From contig CP075492.1 in NCBI GenBank assembly GCA_021613535.1, positions 8,122,001-8,186,000 on the forward strand: 64,000 nt of DNA, given 5' to 3'. Numbering within the stretch: the first letter of the stretch is position 1; each line of letters begins with the position of its first letter. Shown here piece after piece: positions 12,887 to 25,413 of this stretch. This stretch comes from Adineta vaga. Lineage: Eukaryota; Animalia; Rotifera. A program made the translations under genes and the position numbers. Below the pieces are notes generated by a model, which was not told the DNA's origin, did no database searches, and saw only the letters and a program-made list of their open reading frames with translations.

Positions 12887-15800
12887 ATGGAAATACTATT
12901 ATTTCTGAAAACTGTACGAGATCAACTGCTTACATGGAATGTCTTTAAATCTAGATCATCAGATGCATTGGAGATTCGTCAACAGATTTTATCAACTCGT
13001 TTGTACATCGTGCTTGTGGCGATTTCTCTGATTATTCTAACAACATACGGCTTGATTCAGAATCAAACTGAGAAGAAAACTGTTGTCTTACAAAATCAAG
13101 CTGCTTACGAAAATCTTCAACAGAGATATAATATTAGTTTACAATGTTTTTGCAAACAAGACTCGATTGCTTATGGTCAATTTGTTCGAGTAAGCCCACG
13201 ATTTCATCAAGTATGCTCGAATTTTTTGACTACTCAAAGTTGGATTGATTTTTTATTTGCTATCGATCGTTCGTTGATTTTGCCCATCGATATACGAACG
13301 AGTTTGAGTTCCATATGGCAATTAATTCGAACATTTTGTCGCAACTCAAAAAATGTTACAGAAGAAACAATCTTTCAATTTTACAATTCTTTACTGATTG
13401 ATACGATGTTGTTGACTGAACCAGTTTTAAAAGCACGAGTTCAAGCTACTCTCGAGCTGTTACGCTATAGCGCGGCATCAAATCTTCTTCAATCGACTAC
13501 ATTTGTGTATCAAATAGCACGAACAAATCAGTTAATATCAGGATTATTAACAAATTATTTGGTTATTCTAGAACGATATACGTCGTCAGTACAGCAGCCT
13601 AATAATCTTAGAGCAACTAATATTTACACTAATATCTATATGCTTCAAAACTCCACAATAGCTTGTTCCTGTAAAACGAATGATTCATGTCCATTACCTG
13701 CCAATATTTATTGGTCCAATGCTGTGAAAAGATTACAGATTTATGATTTGAACAAAATTAAAGCCGATGAAAGTTTACCTGGTCTGGTAGTTGATTGTTT
13801 ACCAATTCAAGCGACATTTTCATCATCATTAGAATGTTTTTATAGCCGATCATGTTTAGATGTTCTTCTTTCAGCCTATCCAAGGAAAATATATGTTAGT
13901 ATTCTCAATCAATCGCTTCCAACTCGTTTTCTTCCTTCGACAAAAATCGAGCAACTTGTCAACGAACTTTTTCTGGAAGAAATGAACAATGAAACCAGCT
14001 ACAGTGACTATTATAATCAGTGTTCGCCACATTTCTGCACTTATCTTCGTATCCATCGATTCAATTGGATTTCTGTCTTGGTCATTTTCATGAGTCTTAT
14101 CGGAGGAATAGTCACTGTCTTACGTCTTATTACTTTATTGATTATTAAGATAATCTTCTTCGTGAAAAAACGATTCTTTTCAAAGCAATTACAAGTAGAA
14201 CAACATCCAAGTAAGTAACGCCGGATAAAAAACAAAGGCATTCATTTCTACGCTGTTTGATCGCCACTTATTAGATAACGGTATCTCCGATTAACTTTTT
14301 TCGTTCTTGTTTAAAGATAGAACGATGAGAATCGTTCGTAAATGAATTCAGCTTTACTTTTTAGTATCTTTCGAGTTTTATAATATCACCCAGCCGATTC
14401 TGTTATTGACTTATCTTTTTAGAATCCAAATTAAATGATCGTCTGAAAAATCATCTGAGTAGTATACACGCTAAAATAATCAATTTGAATTTGTATACAC
14501 GATATTCTGGCGATCCTGAACGTTTTCGCCGAGGTGTTCTCTCCACACGATTATACATTTTCCTATTGATTATTTCCATATGGATGACCATTCTATTTTC
14601 CGATTTATCCAATCGAATGGAGACCAAGACCTTCTCCAACATCTCTTTGGAAGATTACGAAAATTTGGAGAAACGATTTTCATCGAAAATAGTGTGTCCG
14701 TGTACTAACATATCATCTCACTATCGGGATATTATCAACATTCAAGTGAAATATCATCAGATTTGTTCAAGTGACTTTATTCAACCATCGTGGTATCAGC
14801 ACTTTTCTATTCCAAGTGCTTCTAACGAGAAACTTGACTTTTTATCCATTGCTTCATCTTATTTTCAAACGTTGCGAACGTTTTGTCACATCGCAAATTT
14901 AACACTCACTGATGTCATTCAACGATTTCTCTCAAGAACTTTTCTTCATACACAATTTATTTCCAAAAAATTATTTTATCTACAAATCAATTCAACAATT
15001 GATACATTTATTCAATCAACGAAAAGTGAATTTCGCTCCAAAATGTCTTTTACTTTGGCAATAATTCAGAGTAATCAATACTTAAGTTATATGAAAACAA
15101 GCACTTATCTCCATTCAAAATACTACGATGACGGATCTGGAATGCGCTATATAAGGACGACAATAGCACCTACATATAATATCGATAAGAATGGTACTAA
15201 ACGCTTTTGTATTCTGGAATCCACATATGATATAAATCACGTTATGGAGCATCCGAATACTATGCATCACTTTAACGGACAGCTGGAAGGAATACGTGGA
15301 GGTTGTTCGGTGACAATTACTACATTAAAATCAACATTATCATGTTGGTTTCAAAAGAAATGTTTAAAAGACTTAGATAGACTTCTCAGTAGTTTCAACA
15401 TTTCGATACTTCAACCTGCATCTGCACTGGATCCATCATTACCTAGTATATATAATTTGAACACACCAGTCGAACGAATTTTTGATGAAATGATGATTGA
15501 ACAATGGAATATTTCTTACTCTTTTGAAAAACTTTTTCCACAATGTAAATCATCGTTTTGTTCCGTTACTTACGAAGAGAAAATGAATATAATCCACTGG
15601 TGCACGATGATCATAGGGCTTATTGGTGGAATTAAGACCGTTCTCATATTGATTTCTCCTATTTTAATCACAATTATTCTCCAAATTATTGATAAACTCA
15701 AACGAAATACACGATCAAATAACTCAACTATGCAACAAGAAAATCAACGTGAGTTATAATTAGTTGTAATACTAAGAGGTTGCCTATGCATGGTACTAAA

Positions 15801-17345
15801 AAAATGTTCGAAATGGTCGTTTTTTCCTATTAGAAGTTCATCGAATCTTTCTTTATTAGTTTGACGTAAAAATTCAGATACTAGAGAGAGTAAAAAGATA
15901 CGATGCAATTATAGTCGTTACAGTAGAGAGAGAGAGAGAGAGATGAATTCAGATATCCAATCATCCGGTAGCTACACAATATAGTCAATTCTTGGTATTT
16001 AACATAAACATTCTTGATCTATTCAAAGACGATTATATAAATGTGAACTGATTTTTTAGAGATTGATAGCATAGATACTGCTGAAACCAGTCTACGAACT
16101 CGATTCATGAAAAAGATTGAGATGTTCAATGTATTTGAAGATGGTTCAAATGATTCTGAGATCGTTCGTCATCAACAGTTCTCTACCAGAGTTTATGTGT
16201 TGATATTTTCAATATGTATCTGTAGTATAGCAATTTATATACGATTTTCAACACGAACAATAATAAAATCGTTTCAAAACCCTTCGGATAGTGATTATAA
16301 TCATCTTTTGGAACTTTATTCTCAATCATTGCAATGTCCATGTGAGAAAATTGCCATCGAATACAGAGGCTTTATTGAGATGAGGACAACATTTCATTCG
16401 ATATGCTTCAGTGATTTTGTCGGAACTGAATGGCAAAACTTTTTGATCGGTGACTTCTACCAAATGAACTATGATCGTCATGATCTTCGTGGCCATGGTA
16501 GTTCGTATTTTTCATTTCTTTCGACCTTTTGTAATATTTCTCGTCGAATAGTTGCCCATGCAATCGATCAATTTCTTAATGAAACATTTTTTAGTATCGA
16601 TTTACTCTCCAAGTCGAAATTTGATAACCAAATCAATGATGATATTTTACAGTTTCAAAGACGTACCGTGACAAAATACTCGGAGATTTTGCAACTTTTT
16701 CGTGAAGTTTTAAATGAAAATGCTTTTGTATCTTCTTACGGTTTGAATTGGTATTGGGAAAGGGGTGTAAATGAGAATATTGATCGAGTTCTTACTCACG
16801 CAGTCATGACAATAAATGGTTGTTTATGTGGAACACGAAGTGATTGTACCAGTTCAGCGGCAACTTATAATGATGGTTCGCGCGAATACAGCATACCTGG
16901 ATGGAATATCGGATGTTCAGTTGTCGAAACACTATTACGTTCAACAATGATATGCCTATATGATCGACATTGTCTTTCAACATTAATATTTTATCTTGGA
17001 AAATCGTCACATGATTTTCGTCGTTCAATTAATGTTTCAGCGCTTGATTTCTCAAATTCCAGTCGTTTCGAGATAAATACATTAATTCAAAACATAGCAA
17101 ATGAATTATTTATTGAACAGTGGGAAACTAATATTTCCTATTCATCATTTTATAAACAATGTGCTCCTCTTTCTTGTTCCTATGAATCTGTTCCAAATGA
17201 TTATACTATGTACACAGTTTATGAAATTCTTGGTTTATATGGAGGACTAAGAATTGTTTTACGATTGTTTATTCCACTTTTAGTGAAGCTAGTGCTGAAA
17301 ATACGAAATCGGTTTCGAACGAATTCAGTTACTCCTAATGACTAA
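12887..17345 (+). CDS. Membrane protein of three tandem [TM - Cys-rich ectodomain - TM] modules, predicted single chain of ~1311 aa
   Basis: Exons 12887-14210, 14423-15748 and 16060-17345. Donors gtaagt (14211) and gtgagt (15749), acceptors tttttag; both introns are phase 1 and the joined frame is open (3936 nt). Each module shares STR(L/V)Y-TM1, CxC, HxxC(S/F), TFC, (G/D)C, S(T/S)xxCxxxxxCL, QCxxxxCxx and (G/S)LxGG-TM2. An additional upstream exon cannot be excluded. Confidence 0.8.
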
Positions 17346-19591
17346 TCACTCACTCTTATCACTTAGTATGTGAATAAAAATGGTCTCAAACTAAAATGGA
17401 ACTACTTCTACATGTATCAATCTTCTAATGATCCCATATAGATTTCTCTATCAGGAAATATTTATCTTGCTTTATTTTCCTTGAAATAATGGATGTTATC
17501 TCTATTTCTGCTACGACCGTTCGTCTTTTTTCGTTTTTGGAATATGTACAGATCTGAAACGGAATCTTATTTATAAATGTTAATAATGGATTCTCATATA
17601 CATACGATATTTGGAATATACTGTTATTGATTTCGTTTGCATATCACGCTAATACCGTTTTTACGAATGTACTTTGAATAAGATTTGAGAGATAAAAAAT
17701 CTGAATAGTTAACGAAATGAATTGAATGTTCTATTTTATTTTTTTCTCAATAGGTACTGTTCGAAAAAATTGCATCGAATAAAAAAGTTTTTTGTCCACT
17801 ATTTCCTCCTCTTATTACGTCAATCTTCTCATTTTTTTAAAGCAATTTTTTCGATTTTCAATTTTTTCCCTTACATTTAACATTTTTATCATTTTGTACT
17901 ATCCTAGAATGATCAAAATCAACTTTTTTGAAATTCTAGAAATAAAATATTCATTGAAACGTTCACAGAGCACCATATATTACCGGAAGTGAATGTACAC
18001 AAGTTGAACTACAACATAAAGTATAGAAGTAAAAATTGGTTACCTAAGAGGGATCGATTTAATATTTTTATTGTATGTTTATGTCAACTAAATTGTGTAA
18101 CTAAGTTTTTCTTCAGATGAAGACTATTATCAATGACATGGATGACTTTAAAAATACAAAGCTAGCACAAATCTATTTAAAATTCGTTTTAGAAATATTC
18201 AGGAGTATTGCCATCATTGTTTGCCATCGATGATGTGTATTTCAAGGTATTTTGTTAGGAAGATGGGTGCATCATCTGGTAAATCGTTAAATAAAAGTAA
18301 TTCATTTGTACACAAGTGATTGAAGAAGAAGTGTCGCATGATGGTAATGAACTAAACCTATAATTAAAGAAACTCATAGATTATGGAAATAAAAGATCGT
18401 TTTGAAATTTTATTCGATTGTTTAGCATGAAATTAATGTAGAATGTATGTTGATATTTTAATAAAAAAGCCGAAAGAACATGGTCCTAATTATACATCTG
18501 TACGAATTTATTTGGAGGTTAGAAGTTCATGTGATAAGATTCGAAGAAAATAAATTTCAATGGATTTGCATATATTAGTAATTGCATCTTTGTAGATAAT
18601 TATAGTGTTAGTTCAATTGAGAAAACAGGTTTTAATCCAATCATGATGATATATGATACATGTTTATTGTTATTAGGAATTTCAATAGCCTTCATGATGT
18701 TATTGTTTTGACTTGTTGAAATTTAAAACACAGACATGTCAAAGAACTGCTGTAATTTCACTACAAAAGGAAACGTTGCGTAAGTTCACTGGTACATTCA
18801 TTCTTATGTTCCATATTTTACTTCAAGAAAAATTGTCAAATACTTCTATTACGTTGTCAAATTTGACTAAAGACGTTAGTGGAATAGATTTATTGTCATT
18901 CGTACTAGTAGTTATATTTACCTACTTAGGATATACGCACACATAAATTCTGAAGCTAAAACAACGTTAGTATATATTAAATGCTCTTGATTTATTTCAT
19001 GCTTTAAATTTCGTTTGAAAAAAATGATATGAACTGTCTTGAATGTATCTTGTTGAATTATATATAACGCAATGATTGAAGGATCTAAAAACTACAAGAA
19101 TAGGAAAGGCTATGGTTATCTCACACTTCAGCACAACGTCGTTTTATTTCGATAGGTTTTCTAAAAGAAACTACTAATTTTTTCTGACAAAATAAATGAA
19201 CAAATCTTTTGGAAAGAAGAAGTTCAATATAGATGGCGTTCCTCCTTGTCAATACTTGTATTACGTTGACAACTTTCAAATTACTTTTTTTCTGAAAAAA
19301 AATGACATTTCTTTTCTACAACAAAAGTGAATGAGCCTGGCATTTACATACAACCACAATTATTGAAATTTATATTTTTCTCCTATAAAAAAAACAAAAT
19401 AAAAATATCAATTGATTCCTAAAATTTTTTTGTTGATTCAATGCATTTGCTGAAATAATTTTAGCTAATAGAGCAAAAGATTGATTCATGTTATTGTATT
19501 ACGACATTTTTTTTCGAATCTTCTTCGTAGAAGCATTTCTAATATTCACCAGATTATTTCAAATCAATTATACTTTCGTTTCTTCTTTTAG

Positions 19592-20111
19592 ATCTACCTC
19601 ATTAAAGTTGTCATTGAAATGTCATTCTCAAAAATAATTGGCAAAACGTTTTGTGCGTTGATGTATCCGATATTGTGGAAGTCTGCTAGGCTTTAGCACA
19701 CTATCTATGAAAGTAAACAGAATGCAACTAATAAAACCAAGAAATGTCTTGGTATGATAGAAGGTTCAATACTAGATAAACAAAATATTTATCAACTGGA
19801 ACGACATATATCAAAGAATCCAGATTTGATACTGAGACATAATCAATTAAGAAATTACGGTAAGACACATTATATTCATTAATCAAAATGCATTATACAT
19901 ATTCTATATAGTATTATCTGGTAGTATTATTTACAATGGAGGTGTTTATTATAGTAATATGATTGTGAAACGAATGAATATTATTGATGATAACATTCCT
20001 TTAATCAAACGTCCCAAAATTTTATCTGCAACTTCTTACAAATTCAAGTCAAATATGTATTGGTGCAAAAAGTTTATCAATGGTCCAACATCGATGCATA
20101 CTATAGACTAG
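19592..20111 (+). pseudogene. Possible decayed spliced gene fragment
   Basis: After a tttag acceptor a frame reads IYLIKVVIEMSFSK...SARL*HTIYES...LRNY with one internal stop, then a gtaag...tatag intron (19860-19911), then continues in phase for ~65 codons. Family not recognised. Confidence 0.25.
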
Positions 20112-20629
20112 ATAAATTATATGAGTTCAGATATTAATTTATTATCAGGAAAGACAACCTCTAAGTCAACTCTTTCATTTAAAACTACACTGTGTCTTCT
20201 ATTCTTTGTTATTTCTTTTTCTTTTCACTTGTTCTTCCCGCATAGATTCATCTTTCTTTTGTTTTTGAGGTTGTTCTTCCACTTTTCCAAAACATCCTAA
20301 AAAAATAAACATCAAAATGCTATGTAATATTCCTTACAAACATAAACTATGAACACAAAAAGAAACTGTCGACTTAAACATATGAGTTGTTCAAGAAAAA
20401 TAGACAAAATAAATTGCGGACAAATAAAAGGTAAAAATCCGTTCGATTAAATCAAATTCAGCGTAAATAACTATAACCATTTACTTTCGACATTTCCTAA
20501 TTTTTGTAACATCTTTATATATATTTATATATAGAATTGTAACCAATATCAACAAAGAAAATAGCTTCCTACAGTTAAATATTTATTTGTAATAATATTT
20601 AATATTAAAAGAAAAATTGAAGAAAAGTT

Positions 20630-21768
20630 CTAACTAAAAAATATTTCTGAATCATATCGTTCTGCTGGAATTGATGCTCTTCTAATTGTTTTATCAAAAA
20701 CAGCAAATAAACCAAGAAGAGGTTGATCCTCATCTTGTTGAGTTGCTAATTGTTCTAAATGATGCTTATTTAATGGGCCATATAATTGTTTTCCATTTGA
20801 ATGGAATATATAAAGATATTTTGGTTTTAAAACTGTTTTAATATAACTTAATATCTCTTGTTTAGTTGCTATCTCATTGGCTACTGAATCATAATAAAGT
20901 ATCATATTAAGAATACGTCTTTCATGAAATAATTGTTCAGCTGATCGAAGTATATCCATTTCTCCTTCGTCAAAATCGATTTTCAATAAAAAGATGGATG
21001 ATGGCCATGAAATATCATCTAATCGAATTGATGGCACTTCGACTGGTGGTGTTGAGTTTTTTCTTATGTCAACGGCTGAATCTAATTCAAGGGTACTATT
21101 CGACGTTACATCACTAACTATGTTATGATAGAGATGAATAGATGTTGGAGGAAATGCATTAATTCGAATTGAAATATTAATAAGAGCAATAAAAGTTGGT
21201 TCGATTTCGAACATATAAACCATACAACCACAAGCTGCAGTATAAAGACCAAAATCACCTGAAATTAACAGACAACATGCCTTCTATGTATGATAATTTA
21301 TAGAATTTTACCTAGATGAGCACCAATATCAACAACAATTGTCGATGAATCTTGACGACATTGATCAAATAGATGTAGAACTTCAAATATCATTACTCGT
21401 GCATCATCGATAAAAGGCTTAGAACCATTCTTTGTAGCTAATTTATAAGCTGGTGTTTGTTCATTCATAACAACAATAACTTCAAAAGGAGTTGTGGTTG
21501 TCGTTGTTGTTGTTGTAGTTATTGTCGTCGTCGTTTCAATAGTAGTAGTCGTGATCGATTCCGTTGTCGAATCAGATTGAACCGTATTTCCTACTGCAGA
21601 ATTTAAGCTTTGCATAGGGATATATGATGAAATAGATTCCAAACTTGGAACCATATCATAATAAAATATAGGAATGGCTATAGAAATCAAAGTAAATGAT
21701 AAAAGTATCCAAAATTTTTCTCGTCGATAATAAACCGAATATATAATATGAGATGGAAGAGATTGCAT
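20630..21768 (-). CDS. FkbM-family SAM-dependent methyltransferase with N-terminal TM anchor and Thr-rich stem, ~361 aa
   Basis: Exons 21768-21312 and 21258-20630 join to VVDIGAHLG-DFGLYTAACGCMVYMFEIEP. Later motifs VPSIRLDD and LLKIDFDEGEMDIL match FkbM KIDVEG-E. Hydrophobic stretch FWILLSFTLISIAIPIFYY. Confidence 0.8.
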
Positions 21769-22473
21769 GGAAATAAATCACTTGTGTATTGTACACTAAA
21801 TCTAGAAAGAAATATTCAAGGATTCAAAAGAATCGATATGCATGATCGAAGGAAAAACACAAGGTTAGAAGCATTGATATTTGGTAAAGTAAAATGGCTA
21901 ACACATTAGCAAATGCTACATTGATTCCAGCTTATAACATAAAGATTCAAGTGGTTCTAAAGAAAAGATCGACATTCAAAATGATAAAAGAATTCAGATG
22001 GTAGAGAAGTAACCAAGAAATATATTCATCGATATTCAGACATATATTTAATGTATTGATCATGTTAAGTCAGTCATGGTTCAATAATTTCTCTTTTTTT
22101 CTCGTTTTCTCTCCTTGCGCATGTGAAATAATTGTAGGATTGACAAATATCATACTCCTTGATAAACAATATTTCTTTTCACGGTTATTGTAAAATGAAA
22201 AAAGAAGAAAATTTTAAAACGAGAATTGTTTATCAAATATCATGACAAAAAAATCATTTGTAGGATTTGATTTAAGTTGTCTTTTTCTTTGCAGTCATTA
22301 CACCAATTATTTCCTTTTTTTTTCAATCTTATAGAGTGGACTCAATTGTGAAGTATTTGAAAATAAAAGAAACGTCAAACTTCAGTTTTCCTTTTCTTCA
22401 GTTGTTAGAAGAGAAAGAACTCAAACGTATTTCTTATTTGTTTAAACTTATTCACAAAAAATAGCATAGCATA

Positions 22474-22982
22474 ATGAGCCACGCTCAAGGTACTCTAACA
22501 GTAACTATTGTTGAAGGTCGAAATCTCAAAGATGAAGATACGTTCGGTAAGAATGATGCTTATGTTGAAATTTATGTCAATGAAGATTACAAACAACGTA
22601 CAACAACTATTCAAAATACAAATAATCCAACATGGAATCAAAAATTTACATTGTAGGTTGAAATGATATTCATTTCGAACTAATTGATCATTTGTTTTTT
22701 CTTCTTCATTTATTAAAGTTATTTGAAAAAAGGTGAAGATGATCTACATTTACATGTCTATGATGAAGATGTTGGCGATAAAGATTCTGTTGGTTCGGCA
22801 AAAATTGATTTGAAAAAACATGTATTCGGTAAGAATCGGTATGATCAATGGGTTAAACTACCAGCAATGTTAGGTCTACGTTCTAATGGTGAAATTCATG
22901 TCATCATCGAACATCAAGTAATATATTTATTGTTACTTTCTAGAAATGATTTCTAATTTTTCGTCTTCTATTTTAGCTATGA
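22474..22982 (+). CDS. Small single-C2-domain protein (elicitor-responsive/Inn1-like C2 type), ~127 aa
   Basis: Exons 22474-22652, 22719-22917, 22977-22982 (384 nt). GTLTVTIVEGRNLKDEDTFGKNDAYV...NPTWNQKF...VYDEDVGDKDSVG retains the Ca2+-binding aspartates. Confidence 0.88.
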
Positions 22983-23504
22983 AGTCAAAATTTATTGTTG
23001 AACAATATGCATCATTTGAGCATGACTATGTTTTTTTTTCAAATATGCTTTTAGTAGATTGCAAAAGAGAATGTGTCGTTTGTTTAGAAATAATAGTTTT
23101 CTATCGCTTCTAAGACATAAGCATGCTTCTGTTTGTTATTTAGTCGATGCTTTGATTATAATAAAATATATAACTATATGAAAAAGCTTTCTAACTAACT
23201 TTGGTCGGAAGAATAGGAGAATTTTTTTTTCAAATATTTTCAAGAACAAAACGATTCTTATTATTGTGTCAGTTACTCAAAAAAAAAGAGGAAAAGGAAG
23301 GAACGCATGATATCTCAGCCAACAGAATAAATAATCAACATTAAGAGTAATATATAATGGTTGAAAACTCATCAGAGAATATGTCAGCACAGAACAGTCT
23401 AGAAAAACTTGAGTTATTTACCTGCTGTGGAAATTTTTTTATTGTTCATACCAAATTAGATCTCAAAATTAATAGTTGAGAAAGACATACTTGTCAATAA
23501 AACA

Positions 23505-24647
23505 ATGAACTCACATTCAAATCATACCGCAACACATGAAATAACAAATTCTTGCTCATACAACAAAATTATCTTCATAGTAGCGTTCGGTATCACAGCG
23601 TTGTACTTTCTTCATCCGTTTGTTTCTGTTGTAAATCGAGAATCTTTCATCGACATCGTAGAATTTAGAAAAAAGAAATCGGCATCTCCTTTACAACGGA
23701 CTCTTGGCTTTATTCGATGGAATAAACCTTATCGTGAGCACATTCCTCTTATGGAAAAATATCAATCGTTCTTTGCTCAATTACATTATTCACTGCCAAA
23801 CTACACAACGAATCTTGATTATAAGATCGATGGATTCGCACATGAAAATACACCATACTATGCTGTAAGTGAAGTAATGAAAATTATACTACAACGATAT
23901 CCATCTATTGAAGGATTACTTTACTTTCATTTTGATGTAAGTATTATCAAACTATGACATGAGGGCAGAGTTAGAGTATTCTATTACACCTTTGAATATT
24001 ATCTTATAAAAGTCTATTTATTTCCTGTTCAGACGTGGATACGACCGTTCAGATTTGACGATATAGATTATAAGAAAATTTGGTTTCCTGTTAGAAATAA
24101 TATACCTTTTCTATGTGAACCATCGACAAGCGTGCGGCAATGGGATATGGGATTATTACACAATGCACAGAATTTCTCCAGTGAAGTAATAAGAATCTAT
24201 ATTGGTCGATTCGTAATTGACAAAACTGTATTCTGCAGATCGTAAGATGTATTTTTCTATTTGCTTCAATTACAAATAACAATCATTTTTATATTTAGAT
24301 GGTCCGATATCTATTATATACCTCGACGTTTCTTCAATGACTTTATTGATTTAAGTGATATATCCTATACAATTAATTTATTTCATGAGATAGCAATTCC
24401 AACAATGATCAATATTATAGATCTTAGTCATCGATTAACGCCTTTTCATACAGTTATTGCTCCACTTTCAGATTGTTTCGGACAATGCTGTTCGTTTGGT
24501 ACAGGACCAAATGAACTTGTCGAAAGACGATGTGGTCATAGAATAGATTTATCAAATGCTACTATTAGAAAATCATTTGCCGATGTATTAGATTTAGAGA
24601 ATGCTTTTCTCAAAAAACTTTTGTCAAATCAATCAACGTTTTTCTGA
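23505..24647 (+). CDS. Type II membrane protein resembling the C-terminal region of STELLO/DUF288-like putative glycosyltransferases, ~329 aa
   Basis: Exons 23505-23936, 24033-24241, 24299-24647 (990 nt, in frame). N-terminal TM; motifs GLLYFHFD, WSDIYYIPRRFFNDF, FHEIAIPT, CFGQCC, CGHRID. Confidence 0.6.
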
Positions 24648-25413
24648 TGCATTTTACTCTCATATTAGTTTAAAAGCAAGAATACAAAAATAAATAAGTA
24701 ACATTGACATTTTGAGATAATTGGATAAAATGTTAAAGAACGGATGAGGATATGATTGAGACAAGAATATTTTTACTGACAACTCGGCCGTTACTTATTC
24801 CGAATTCTTACTGAATTTTATGAGAAGAAAATAAAATATTTAAAAAAATATTTGGCATCAAAAGCTATTCTGGTGTTTTCTCTATTAACGAAAAAGGTGT
24901 GTGAATGAAAACTCAGGTATGCATATATAAAAGAACTTAAATCCAAATCCAAGATATAAATCGTTTGAGTCAAAATTGAAACTTCTGCTATCCAAAACAT
25001 ATACAGAATCTTCATTTTACAACTGTTGATATATGTGAGGAAGTGCATCAAGACATCGAAAGAACTCATATACGCATCTCCTTGAAATAGCAGTTCACCA
25101 AGTAACTCTAAATTATTCTGCTCGTTTCATGTGAACGCTTAACATGAAAAACTGTACATTGATTACACTCGCCTAATAGGGCATTCTCTTTTCATCAAGA
25201 CAATACATGCTAGAATAAGCACTGAACTTTTAAATCAAACAATCAAAGACAGAAACTCATATACTGTACCACAGGGTTTACGTCAATGTTCAGTCACTGA
25301 TTATATTTATTACAAAAAGTTAAAAACTGGATATTTCATTCACAAAAATTCAAATCACAATTCATATATGAAGTCTCAGTTCTTTTTCACCGGTAATCAT
25401 CAAATGAAATTCT

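Noticed and set aside
12887-17345. Three independent tandem paralogues, or a canonical DEG/ENaC call
   Set aside because: In-phase consensus splice sites link the ORFs and ORF2 has no ATG at its start. The hallmark DEG/ENaC motifs are missing, so no family name is assigned.
17400-19500. Possible transposon relics in the intergenic stretch
   Set aside because: No terminal repeats, target duplications or transposase/RT motifs could be identified by eye.
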